A DNA stretch of 64,000 bases from Candidatus Culexmicrobium cathedralense. GTDB taxonomy: Archaea > Thermoproteota > Methanomethylicia > Culexarchaeales > Culexmicrobiaceae. The stretch is from contig JANZKC010000003.1 in the NCBI GenBank assembly GCA_025061115.1, positions 199,170-263,169 on the forward strand, written 5' to 3'. The position numbers were made by a program, and so were the translations under genes. Below the pieces are notes generated by a model. That model saw nothing but the letters and a program-made list of their open reading frames with translations. It searched no databases and had not been told where the DNA came from. This document shows positions 8,672 to 18,256 of the stretch, in pieces (position 1 is the stretch's first letter; every line of letters starts with the position of its first letter).

Positions 8672-10533
8672 GGATTGACGCTCCTAACGATAGATTTTCC
8701 TCCAACATTTTGAACAACGATTATGTTAGCATTCTTAATCTGCGGTATTATTGGGCTTGGAGTTATTGCAATGCATTGAACATTGCTACCTTCAGAAAAG
8801 GATGATACTAGCAATTTAGATATGATCTCCCTATTTCTTGGATCCATATGAATGTCAAATTCATCTACAGCTCTGAATGGAGATTTTATGAAGCTTTGAG
8901 CTGCCAAAAGAAAAGCCATGACTGCAGTTGTTCTTTCACCACCACTTTGAGAATATCCATCCAAAACAACTGGAGCATTTCCTCTGAAGCCGATTAAAAT
9001 TTCCAAACCAGCTTCATCAACATCTTCAGCATTGATCAATCTAACATACCCTGTAGCGCCAATTTCATTTAGAATATCTCCATAAATTTTGTTTATTTGG
9101 CTTAACACTTCACTAACAACTTTTCTCCAAAGTTTCACCCTTTCTTCAAGCTCATTTAATAGTAGTGCTCTATTTTGCTCAAGAATTCTTATTCGCTCAG
9201 ATAGCTCCTCAAAGGTCTTAGAATAAGCTAAATACATTTGCTCAACATCTTCTGAAACTTCGCCAATATACTCCAAACGCAATTCAACCATCCTAATTTT
9301 ATCCAAAATTTCAGCTGGCTCGCCAACTTTTCCAGGGCGAGGCCCTAATGCTTCAGCTTCACTTATCAACATGTTTAATTCATTTAATCCTCTTGATAGA
9401 TCCCTCTTCAACTCGATTAATTCAGCTTTGGCAGAATCCAATTTAAATTGTAATAACTCCAATCTAACTCTACTTTCAATGTATTTTTCATATAAATTCT
9501 CGATAGTGAAGTCAAGATCATTGATTTTCACCTGAATTTCAGCCAATTTAGAATGTATTTCCTCTAAATCGATAATTGATGTTGACCCAAATAGCTTTAC
9601 AATATTCTCTCTACCGATCTTTCCAGTCAATTTATTTATAACTTCAATTCTTCCGGCTTCCCTGCTTTTTTCAATAAGATTTAGTAGTAAGGTTTTGCGT
9701 TGCATAGTAAGTTCATTTATTTTGCCTGTTAGATTTGAGCATTCAAGATTTATTCTTTTAATTCTCATTTTCATGGATGAAATCCTTTCTTCCAATTCTC
9801 TAATCTTATCTTCAATGCTATCGATTAAGGCTTCCTTCCTGCAAACCTTTGCCCATGCATGCTCGATTTTAAGTTCATTAAGCTCTCTTTCAAACTTCCT
9901 TCTCAACTCAAGTTTCTCATACTCGCTCCTCCAGAAATCAAGTGTTGTTTTTGCTCTTTCAAGTAGTCTGTGAACGCTTTCCTCCTCCTTCAATATCTTC
10001 CTCAATCTATTTTTGATGTCATTAATTCTTTCTCTATAATGGGTTAAGCCAATTGCATCCTCAAATATTCTAAGCTTCTCCTTAGGTGGAACAACTGCGA
10101 ATTCTTCAACCATGTTTTGATGCATGATTATTAGCATGTTATCTGGCTTGAATCCCAATGATCTTAATATTTCTTGAACTTCACTTTTCGTTTTAGTTTT
10201 ACCATTAACTTCAAACCAGTACGACCCATCTGACCGTAAATACCTAGAAATTTTGATGGTATTTGAGTGGATTTTAGGATAAGGTCTTCTTCTACCTTTA
10301 GGTGAGTTGTCTATTATCAGTGAAACTCTCGCTAGCTTTTCACCCCACCTAATTAAATCGCTTAACCTTCGACCCCTCTCAGTATATGCTTGTCCAAGGG
10401 CAACTGATATTCCAAGTAGAATTGAAGACTTACCTGCACCATTTGGCCCACATATGAGATTTAGACCTGGCTTGAGCGGAATTCTGCCAAACTCATATGA
10501 CATGAAGTTTTCAAGTATAACTTCCAGTATCAT
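8668..10533 (-). CDS. Short SMC-family ATPase (Arcadin-4-like)
   Basis: ENFMSY, Walker A GPNGAGKS, Q-loop, long coiled coils, signature QSGGE, Walker B AVDEFD, HMD D-loop; only 621 aa. Confidence 0.85.
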   Translation of the reverse strand: MILEVILENFMSYEFGRIPLKPGLNLICGPNGAGKSSILLGISVALGQAYTERGRRLSDLIRWGEKLARVSLIIDNSPKGRRRPYPKIHSNTIKISRYLRSDGSYWFEVNGKTKTKSEVQEILRSLGFKPDNMLIIMHQNMVEEFAVVPPKEKLRIFEDAIGLTHYRERINDIKNRLRKILKEEESVHRLLERAKTTLDFWRSEYEKLELRRKFERELNELKIEHAWAKVCRKEALIDSIEDKIRELEERISSMKMRIKRINLECSNLTGKINELTMQRKTLLLNLIEKSREAGRIEVINKLTGKIGRENIVKLFGSTSIIDLEEIHSKLAEIQVKINDLDFTIENLYEKYIESRVRLELLQFKLDSAKAELIELKRDLSRGLNELNMLISEAEALGPRPGKVGEPAEILDKIRMVELRLEYIGEVSEDVEQMYLAYSKTFEELSERIRILEQNRALLLNELEERVKLWRKVVSEVLSQINKIYGDILNEIGATGYVRLINAEDVDEAGLEILIGFRGNAPVVLDGYSQSGGERTTAVMAFLLAAQSFIKSPFRAVDEFDIHMDPRNREIISKLLVSSFSEGSNVQCIAITPSPIIPQIKNANIIVVQNVGGKSIVRSVNP

Positions 10534-10624
10534 TACCAGCTGAACCTCACATTAACATAAATATACTTTCTACCTAAAAATTAATTGTAACATGTAAATT
10601 TGATTATTCATGTAAGGTGAAATC

Positions 10625-11311
10625 TTGGTAGTAGCAGGTAAAATATTCAAACTTCGAGAAGCTATTCCGCTAAGGACAATAACTGCAAAATTATTGGATT
10701 ACAAGGTGGAAGAGACGGTTGAGGAGCCTCCTCAAGAATTTACATTGCTCACTGAAATCGTAAACTTAGATCTAGTTGGAGATAGGATTAGAGGCTTATA
10801 CACCAAGGATATTCTCATAAAAATATCTAGGAGAGGAGAAGAGGTTCCTATAGTTAAAACCCTTGAAGCTCCATTCACATTTACAGTTAGAGGAAATAAT
10901 ATTCTATTGACAATTATTGGAAAGAAGAATTGGGCTAACTACGTAGCAAACGAACTAAGCAAAATTATATTCATTAGTGTAGGCGGAATTGTTGAAGCAA
11001 GAATTTCACCGGAGACGCTGAGGCAATATCATGAAGAAAATCCTGAAGGGACTAAAGTAATCTTCTTCGACAATGTTGACATTCCAAACATAGATAAACT
11101 TAGCTTGTATGGGCCAGATCTCAAAAACACAATGCTATATAGCGAGTACTTATCCCATGGAAGCATCTGGTACATAGTTGCCACATCTAAGAAACATGGG
11201 TACGTAGTTGGAATAACTAGAAACTGCGTGATAACCGTCTTCAGCAAAATTGATGAATACTCATTTTTCAGATTCGTTGAAGACGAAATATTTCCACTAA
11301 TAGAAGTTTGA
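10625..11311 (+). CDS. Conserved archaeal hypothetical protein, divergent from SMC operon
   Basis: 228-aa ORF with a GGTGA RBS upstream; no function recognised. Confidence 0.7.
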   Translation: MVVAGKIFKLREAIPLRTITAKLLDYKVEETVEEPPQEFTLLTEIVNLDLVGDRIRGLYTKDILIKISRRGEEVPIVKTLEAPFTFTVRGNNILLTIIGKKNWANYVANELSKIIFISVGGIVEARISPETLRQYHEENPEGTKVIFFDNVDIPNIDKLSLYGPDLKNTMLYSEYLSHGSIWYIVATSKKHGYVVGITRNCVITVFSKIDEYSFFRFVEDEIFPLIEV

Positions 11312-11396
11312 GCATTCTAGTTATTAACTACCAAGAAAATTAGCGATAACATTTATCCCTGAAGGTTGAGTAAACCTATTTCTAGGTGCATAGACA

Positions 11397-12266
11397 TTGA
11401 TCATTCTAGTCACGGGCCTTCTTCCATTTGAATCTGGTAAAACTAGCTTTGTAAGCGAGCTAATTCAAACTTTAAGCGAAGTTGGAATTGAAGCAACTCC
11501 ATTCAAGCCCATAGGAGGGCATAATGCTTGGTATCAATATGAAACCCTACTGAATAGTATTAAGCTTAAATGTCTCGTGGGAGAGGATGCCTATAAATTA
11601 GCAAAAATGGTTAATCGAATAGATGAAGTTGACCTGCTATCCCCAATAGACATCTTACTGGCACCTCCAGACCCAATGAAACACCTCGAAAGCATGCATT
11701 ACTTAATGGATGTTTATAGAAGCATGTTTAAACAAGCCGTAATGCTAAGAACAACTCTATTTTTAAATGGTAAAGCATGCACGAAGCACTACTTAATAGA
11801 AGACAACTACGATAATGCTATTCAAACGCTAAAAAGCGATATAGATGCTCTCATTGAAGTTATTGGAGATGTAAATAATATTAACTATGATGACTTTATG
11901 AACAAAATTTTAGATCCAAGCCTCTACAATGAAGTTGATAAAATATTGCGGTACCTTATATCAAGGGATAAGAATGTCATCATAGAAAGCTTTAATGATG
12001 CAGCATTACCTATTCCAAAAGCAATCAACTCAGACTACGTAATTATAGTATCTCCAGGACGCGTATTTCTATATAGGGGTGAAGTATATGCAAGAGCTGC
12101 AAGTGTACTAGAAGAATATAGAAGTCCACTATCAATCAAAACCCAAACAATAATGCCTTTATGCAGGCCACTTGCAATCATACCTTGGAAGCCAAAAAGC
12201 AAAGAAGCAATTAAGCCCTCTGAGGCAGCCAACCAAGTTGCAAAGATAATATTAAGACCTAGATAA
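11397..12266 (+). CDS. Predicted P-loop ATPase/GTPase (BioD/CobQ-like fold)
   Basis: GLLPFESGKT, FKP.GGHN.W and IIESFND motifs. Confidence 0.8.
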   Translation: MIILVTGLLPFESGKTSFVSELIQTLSEVGIEATPFKPIGGHNAWYQYETLLNSIKLKCLVGEDAYKLAKMVNRIDEVDLLSPIDILLAPPDPMKHLESMHYLMDVYRSMFKQAVMLRTTLFLNGKACTKHYLIEDNYDNAIQTLKSDIDALIEVIGDVNNINYDDFMNKILDPSLYNEVDKILRYLISRDKNVIIESFNDAALPIPKAINSDYVIIVSPGRVFLYRGEVYARAASVLEEYRSPLSIKTQTIMPLCRPLAIIPWKPKSKEAIKPSEAANQVAKIILRPR

Positions 12267-12300
12267 TCAACATTAATCACTTCATAAAGCCATATCTGTT

Positions 12301-14160
12301 GTGAAATTGCAACTAATATGCTTTAATAAGTATGGATGCATACTGATTTTAGGTGCCACTATGGCTGATTCATATAAAATTTTGAATGAGGAATTTTCAA
12401 TTCAAGAGCTGATGGATTTTGTAAGCGATTTAAGCCGCTTTCATAGAATTCAAGGCTGCGATGAAATAGAGAAAGCTGGGAACTATATAAAATCCATTAT
12501 TGAAAGCGAGGACGTACTTGATGTGGAGTTGAAGCACTATAGTTACGGTATTAGGCATGGTTCTTTTGGACCAGTTGTAGGCTGGTGGATTAAGGGCGGA
12601 GAGCTCAGATTGATCAAGCCCCGAGAAGAACTTTTACACAGCTTTAAAGATTCAAGGACGCTTGTAGCAGCTCATAGCCCTGGCGGAATAGTTGAAGCTG
12701 AAGTTTTGCATATTGGAGACGGAGAAGACCCATCAAGCTACAATAAAATCGATGTTGAAGGCAAAATCATTCTAGCTTGCGGCTATGCATACATTGTTTA
12801 TAGGCAAGCCACACAGAACGGTGCAGCTGGAGTTTTAATTTATAGGAAAACAGGAATAGAAGATGCAGTTCCATATATGGGTTTATTTCTAACTCCGGAG
12901 GAAGCCAAGGAATCAAAAGCTCCAGCACTAGTAATATCCAAAAAAACAGCTAATAAACTTATTAAGCTAATTGAAAAGGGCGAAAAGCCAGTAGTAAGAA
13001 TCACCGTAAATGCTGGTTATAGAGAGGAAGCTTGGATACCAGTAGTTACAGCTAAGATAGGGGAAAGTGAAAGCGAAATTCACCTATGTGCTCACTACTG
13101 TCACCCGGCTGGAACAGTCAATGATAATGTAAGTGGAGCTGCCTCTCTAATGGAATTAGCTCTAAGCTTAGCCAGGGCAATCAAGAATAAACGATTAGAT
13201 AAGCCAGATAAACACTCAATAAGATTTCTATGGGTCCCAGAATTCGCGGGGACATTAGCGTATATGATTAATGATAAACCACAAGTGGTTTTCAGCGTAA
13301 ATCTAGATATGATTGGAGAAGAACAGCAGCTAGCAGGATCAACCATAAACTTCGTAAAGCCTCCTCCAAGGCTATTCCACCCATATGAAGCCGTAATTTA
13401 TTACAACTTGAAGAACGCACTATCACTAAGTGAAAGCTTCTCATCCCCAAGAAAAGCTCTAGCCTACCGATTCGACATCGTACCATACGAATTTGGAAGC
13501 GACCATGATGTATATGTGCAATTCAATGTGCCATCAATAATGATTAATCAGTGGCCAGATAAGTTCTATCATAGCGATCAAGATACGATAGACAAATTCG
13601 ACCCACAGCTAGCTAAAATAATCTCAACCTCAATTGGCTCCGCAATTTACATGATATCAAAAACAGGACATGAAAAGGAAATTCAAAAACTAGTTAAAAG
13701 CTACTTCTACAATTACATTGGACTTGAACTATCTGCAACCCATAAGGAGCTATTCGAAGCAAGGTACAAATACATAATCAAATCAATTGGAAGCAAAGTA
13801 TTAAGCGAAGTACCAGACAAGACAATCAAAAAGCTGATGGAAGCAATTGAAGAAGAATGCGAGAGCCAAAGTGATAAAGAGAAATACGTATATAAAGAGC
13901 CAATAGGCGTATTGTCCTCAAGGCTCATTTATAGGCGAATGGGCTGGGAAGGCTATAAAGCACTAAAGGAAATTACTGAAAAGGAAAAATTCATGAGAAC
14001 AGTCATCAGCAGCTTAATTCCACTATACATGCGGAATCCAATTAGCATAAGTAGACTCGCAAAAATGATAGAAGAGGATTACGGAGTTAAAGTGAAATTG
14101 GATTTACTGAGAAAAACAATTGAACTATTAATCAAAGCTAAAATAATCGAGAAAAAATAA
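12301..14160 (+). CDS. M28-family aminopeptidase-like protein (DUF4910, PA domain)
   Basis: AHYCHP, NDNVSG, WVPE, NLDMIG, SDH and YHS..DT motifs; the true start is probably MADSY. Confidence 0.85.
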   Translation: MKLQLICFNKYGCILILGATMADSYKILNEEFSIQELMDFVSDLSRFHRIQGCDEIEKAGNYIKSIIESEDVLDVELKHYSYGIRHGSFGPVVGWWIKGGELRLIKPREELLHSFKDSRTLVAAHSPGGIVEAEVLHIGDGEDPSSYNKIDVEGKIILACGYAYIVYRQATQNGAAGVLIYRKTGIEDAVPYMGLFLTPEEAKESKAPALVISKKTANKLIKLIEKGEKPVVRITVNAGYREEAWIPVVTAKIGESESEIHLCAHYCHPAGTVNDNVSGAASLMELALSLARAIKNKRLDKPDKHSIRFLWVPEFAGTLAYMINDKPQVVFSVNLDMIGEEQQLAGSTINFVKPPPRLFHPYEAVIYYNLKNALSLSESFSSPRKALAYRFDIVPYEFGSDHDVYVQFNVPSIMINQWPDKFYHSDQDTIDKFDPQLAKIISTSIGSAIYMISKTGHEKEIQKLVKSYFYNYIGLELSATHKELFEARYKYIIKSIGSKVLSEVPDKTIKKLMEAIEEECESQSDKEKYVYKEPIGVLSSRLIYRRMGWEGYKALKEITEKEKFMRTVISSLIPLYMRNPISISRLAKMIEEDYGVKVKLDLLRKTIELLIKAKIIEKK

Positions 14161-14202
14161 TCATAATTATATTATTTTTATTTATTATAAGAGGATTAGA
14201 AG

Positions 14203-14382
14203 CTAATTATGAAAGTGCTTTTGAGCTGCTTTAACGAATGCATGCGCCAATTCCTCTTTATAGCCAACTAATATAACCTGTTTAATTGTTGTGCCACCAT
14301 CAATATGGCGCTTCAATTCAAATACCATGACATTAGCAGCATTATCTGGAGACACACCACCCACACCAGTACCTAATCCTGG
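14203..14382 (-). pseudogene. 3' half of macrodomain gene split by the integrated element
   Basis: Translates PGLGTGVGGVSPDNAANVMVFELKRHIDGGTTIKQVILVGYKEELAHAFVKAAQKHFHN*, the missing C-terminus of the ORF at 25874. Confidence 0.92.
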
Positions 14383-14406
14383 TTAGAGTAAAATCGAATT
14401 GTACCT
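14373..14406. repeat. Left attachment site: 10-bp direct repeat plus inverted arm
   Basis: CTAATCCTGG (14373-14382) recurs at 25493-25502; TCGAATTGTACCT (14394-14406) is the exact reverse complement of 25473-25485. Confidence 0.9.
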
Positions 14407-14452
14407 TAATTTTTAAATACTCGATTTTGAGTAAAATATTTGGGGAATTATA

Positions 14453-15661
14453 ATGCTTGAAATCCCCCTAAACCCATACTACCTCAAGTGGATTGAATCT
14501 GATGAAAGCCTTAGGAAGCTCGCAACTCGAGTCTACTTGAAAAGCGGAAGCACAAGCACAGTAAGAACATACCTCGACGGAGTAATAATGCTCAGCAAAT
14601 TTCTGGAAATGAAGCCAAGTGAAATTTTAAAGGCAAAACTAGACTGGGAAGGCATATTGAATGAATTTATAGCCTACCTAATTTATGAGCGCAAAACTGC
14701 AAGGGGAACAGCGCTTAACTACTTCAGCGGAGTAAAAAAGTGGCTTGAAATCAACTTACCCAAAGAAGACTGGTACTCAATAGACTGGCGAAGAATAGAC
14801 AAGCCAAGCAAATGGAAAGTAGAGCGAGACAGAATACCAACAAGAGAAGACTTAAGATTAATATTAAAAGCAGCAAATCCAGCCTGGAGAGCAATAATAA
14901 CATTAGCAGTCTCAAGCGGCTTAAGACAAGGAACAATCATAAACCTCAAAATAGGAAACATAAAAATCTACGAAAACGGCAAAATCAAACCACTAACAGA
15001 ATATTTGAAGGAAAATAAGCCGCTAAGCAGCGAAGCCCTGGGCATTATTTTGGTGGAACCTGAAATCGCAAAGGAAAGGCCAGAAAAATACCTAACATTC
15101 TGCACAGCCGAAGCCCTAAAACACATCCTAATGTACCTTAAAATCAGGATGAAGCGAGGAGAAAAACTAAGTGAAGATACACTGTTATTCGTCAACAGAA
15201 GCAAGCGCAAAATAAATCCACACACATTCAAATACAACTGGCTAGACATCCTCGCAAGAGTAGATAAAAACGTGAAGCACCGCAAATGGCACATCTACCG
15301 ATTCCACACACTCAGAAAATACTTCTCAACATGGTGCAAACTTTCAGGTGTAGATCCCTGGGTAGTAGAAGCCTGGATGGGCCACAAAGCAGGGATCCAC
15401 CAAGTCTACTTCCTATCAGGCATAGAAGACCTAGAAAACCCAGTCCTAATAGCCAGGCTAGCCGAAGAATACAGAAAAGCAGTTCCAACACTCACCATAT
15501 TCACAGAAGAAGAAAAAATAAGAGAGCTGGAAAAGCGGCTTGAAGAGGAAATAAAAGCAAGAGACGAAATCATAAAAATGCTCAAAGAAGAACTAAAGCA
15601 ACTGGAAGCTAAAATAGCTGAAATTGAAAGAAAAGCCAGAAACTCGAGCTATATGTGGTAA
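14453..15661 (+). CDS. int: Tyrosine recombinase/integrase
   Basis: SSGLR (R), FHTLRK (HxxR), MGH and QVY catalytic residues; C-terminal coiled coil; 70 bp from the left att. Confidence 0.93.
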   Translation: MLEIPLNPYYLKWIESDESLRKLATRVYLKSGSTSTVRTYLDGVIMLSKFLEMKPSEILKAKLDWEGILNEFIAYLIYERKTARGTALNYFSGVKKWLEINLPKEDWYSIDWRRIDKPSKWKVERDRIPTREDLRLILKAANPAWRAIITLAVSSGLRQGTIINLKIGNIKIYENGKIKPLTEYLKENKPLSSEALGIILVEPEIAKERPEKYLTFCTAEALKHILMYLKIRMKRGEKLSEDTLLFVNRSKRKINPHTFKYNWLDILARVDKNVKHRKWHIYRFHTLRKYFSTWCKLSGVDPWVVEAWMGHKAGIHQVYFLSGIEDLENPVLIARLAEEYRKAVPTLTIFTEEEKIRELEKRLEEEIKARDEIIKMLKEELKQLEAKIAEIERKARNSSYMW

Positions 15662-15896
15662 CTAATTGTCCAAAACTATATAACTAATTATTCAGTGAAT
15701 GCAGATAATGATGCAAATTACATGAATATATTTTATAGCATTAATGCTTATGGTGGCTTTAAAAGCAATAGCGACATTGAATCTTAAAATACCTAACAAT
15801 AAATTTTTTACCGCCGCCGTAATAGGGCGATGACCTCATGTTTTTGTATAAAAAGTGAAGTAAAGAATTTATACGGTAAGTCACACAAAGTTGAAT

Positions 15897-16008
15897 TGGG
15901 CCGGGAGGGTCTCCCGCTAAGGCAGGGGCGGGGGTCATCGGCTGTTAACCCTTTCATCACAGTTCAGTTAGCTCAGCATTCGTCCTTTGCTTCGGGCCCT
16001 CCGGCCCA
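15897..16008 (-). ncRNA. GC-rich structured small RNA, possibly HgcC-like
   Basis: Terminal stem TGGGCCGG/CCGGCCCA extended by GAGGG/CCCTC; internal UGUGAUGA and GAUGA motifs; TATA-like TTATAT near 16041-16046 on the minus strand; GC island in AT-rich DNA. Confidence 0.55.
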
Positions 16009-16376
16009 TTACCATCATTAATTTAAAATTAATGGGAAGGATATAAGTTTGCATTGACTATTTTATCGCAAGGTGATGATGTGAAACTTCCATCAAAATT
16101 TACATTTCACATGAAAAATTTAAAGACTAAAAATTTAAATAGGCATCATCAGTATGGAGGTTGGATTCTCCTCCAACCTTATAAAAGGAACTACAATCCA
16201 TTCAAGCCCAACCCAATTTGCCAGCACAACCCTTTTTGTTGCCCTAACTGTTGCAGGTGGATCTCTAAAGAGAATTAGTAAATTTTAGTACTCTAGGCAT
16301 CAAAAAGTTTTACATTATTATATCCAAAGAAAAATGAGGAGTTTAACTGGTCTTCACATCAACTTGCTGGAGAGTT

Positions 16377-16649
16377 TTAGCATTCTTTCTGTTCCTTCTT
16401 CTTCAATTCAGCGCACTCCATTATTATTTTCTTGATGCTTGGAAGGTATGGGCAATGTTTAGTTAAAACATCAAAAAAGCACTCTCTAACGCTGATGTAT
16501 ATGTCCCACAAGATCTCTTTCCTTACCACTTCAAGAGGTATTTTGTATACTTCCGCCATTTTAAGCACTTCAGCGATGTAGTCTAGCATTTGAAGCTGCG
16601 CTTGAAGCCAAATTACATCAATAACCTTTTCCTTGAGAAACATAAACAT
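16377..16649 (-). CDS. Hypothetical protein
   Basis: 90-aa ORF with a GGTGA RBS, divergent from the RHH gene. Confidence 0.6.
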   Translation of the reverse strand: MFMFLKEKVIDVIWLQAQLQMLDYIAEVLKMAEVYKIPLEVVRKEILWDIYISVRECFFDVLTKHCPYLPSIKKIIMECAELKKKEQKEC

Positions 16650-16727
16650 TATAATATCACCATATTAGAATATGAGAATAATTATATTTAAATATTATCA
16701 TACAGTAATATTGGAGTAGTGATAGTT

Positions 16728-16877
16728 ATGGCTAAGATAAAGACTTGCTTCACAATCGATGAGGATCTATACAAAAAGTTCCAAATCTTCGTGATAATGA
16801 AGCATGGAACTAAGAAGAAAATAAGCTTCGAAGTAGAAAACGCATTAAGAGAATACCTGGAAAAACATGAAAAATAA
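16728..16877 (+). CDS. Ribbon-helix-helix (CopG-like) regulator, not in ORF track
   Basis: MAKIKTCFTIDEDLYKKFQIFVIMKHGTKKKISFEVENALREYLEKHEK* (49 aa); classic RHH pattern. Confidence 0.8.
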   Translation: MAKIKTCFTIDEDLYKKFQIFVIMKHGTKKKISFEVENALREYLEKHEK

Positions 16878-17385
16878 GTATAGTAATGGTGAAATCATGA
16901 GGGAGGATGATCAAAAACAGTACTTTCCAATCATTAAAGAATGGTTAGAGAAGAATAATTATAAAGCTATAATTACAGGAGATGCGCATCATCTAGTAAT
17001 ACCAATTTGGGATATATTCCCCATAAGATCCCATGTAATCCCAGACGTTATAGGATATAAGGAAAATCCATTTCCACACCTCACTATAGTAGAAGTGGAA
17101 ACAAAATTGGATAAAATATTTGAGGCCATAGGAAAGTGCATGATTTGGAAGACAATAGCAAGCATAGTTTTTCTAGCCTATCCTGAAGGATCAATCAGAA
17201 AGTTACCTGCACTTGAAAAATTAGGCCTAGGACTAATCAGTGTATCCGAGAATGAAGTAAGAGAAATAATAAGCATTCTACCTAAAGAATCATTAGATGC
17301 TCATAAAATCTTAGAGTTACATCCCCTTTATCACAATAAAGAGCAAGAAATTATTAGACGGATCAAGAATATAATTGAATTATAG
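16867..17385 (+). CDS. PD-(D/E)XK nuclease-fold protein
   Basis: IPDVIG...IVEVE...AIG and FLAYP...LGLGLI patterns typical of restriction-endonuclease-like folds. Confidence 0.6.
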   Translation: MKNKYSNGEIMREDDQKQYFPIIKEWLEKNNYKAIITGDAHHLVIPIWDIFPIRSHVIPDVIGYKENPFPHLTIVEVETKLDKIFEAIGKCMIWKTIASIVFLAYPEGSIRKLPALEKLGLGLISVSENEVREIISILPKESLDAHKILELHPLYHNKEQEIIRRIKNIIEL

Positions 17386-17405
17386 CTGAAATTTTATTTT
17401 GAGAT

Positions 17406-18113
17406 TTATTCTTCAATCATTAGTCTGTAGAATGTTATGTATTTTTTCGGGGCTCTAGGGAATCTAATGTACATTTCGCGAAGCTCATTTTTTGCCAGGA
17501 CTTCAGCTATCTTGGTTTTCTTTATCACTGGATCATCCCAGTATTTTTTTACTATCGCTTTTAACTGCCTCTTTGCAGATTCTAACTCTTTCCTTGTCAA
17601 TTCATTTAGACTTTTATCGTAAAGCCAGGCTGCATAGTAGTGAATTATGCTTGGCTTGTGGTAAAGCTTACCTTCCTTCTTTAGTCTAGCCATTGCGTAG
17701 CGAGTTCTAAGGCTTACTTGTAGCTTTTCATAGCTGCTGAACCATGACTTGATGAAAAGCCATAATTCACGTAGAAGTGGATCTCCTATTTCAGGCTCTC
17801 TGGCAAAGTCGATTAAGACTTTGTAGTTTTCCATTATTGTTCTGAGCCTATTTAATGCTTCAATTGGACTTGAAGCTCTATAAAATCTCGTGAGATCGTA
17901 CATAATGATCACATCAATATTGGATGTTTTAACGTACTCAAGCAATTTTTTGAAAATTGGTCTCTCCAGGGGATCTACGCTGCCACTAATATTTTCCTCG
18001 AAAATCTCGACCACTTCATAACCTCTGGATTGCGCGTAATTTAGCACTACTTGAAGCTGACTCTTGGGAGTTTGATCTTCGGTACTAACTCTAGCATAGA
18101 TGACTGCCTTCAA
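17406..18113 (-). CDS. Serine recombinase (resolvase/invertase family)
   Basis: YARVSTEDQ catalytic Ser motif; E..SG..D...RP; DLTRFYR. Confidence 0.92.
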   Translation of the reverse strand: MKAVIYARVSTEDQTPKSQLQVVLNYAQSRGYEVVEIFEENISGSVDPLERPIFKKLLEYVKTSNIDVIIMYDLTRFYRASSPIEALNRLRTIMENYKVLIDFAREPEIGDPLLRELWLFIKSWFSSYEKLQVSLRTRYAMARLKKEGKLYHKPSIIHYYAAWLYDKSLNELTRKELESAKRQLKAIVKKYWDDPVIKKTKIAEVLAKNELREMYIRFPRAPKKYITFYRLMIEE

Positions 18114-18256
18114 GCATGTCCACCATTTACAATAGTACCCTATTAGAATAAAAATATTTCTAAAGTCTTACTAAAGAAATAAAATCATGATTTTACTTAA
18201 GGGGACCCTAAAGAAAGCTGGAACTTCGCTTTCGCTCCATATATTGGGGGATAGCT

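Noticed and set aside
7315-10533. Complete Wadjet or Lamassu defence system
   Set aside because: No JetD/Toprim nuclease or effector adjacent, and the context is housekeeping-like.
15810-15838. ACCGCC...GGCGATGACCTC resembling the 3' half of a fluoride riboswitch
   Set aside because: The 5' GAUGG/GAUGA-containing P1 stem is absent and no suitable downstream gene follows.
15830-16021. 63-aa ORF over the GC-rich island
   Set aside because: No protein-like features; better explained by the structured RNA on the opposite strand.
17406-18113. IS607 TnpA with TnpB
   Set aside because: Lacks the N-terminal MerR-like HTH and has no adjacent tnpB.
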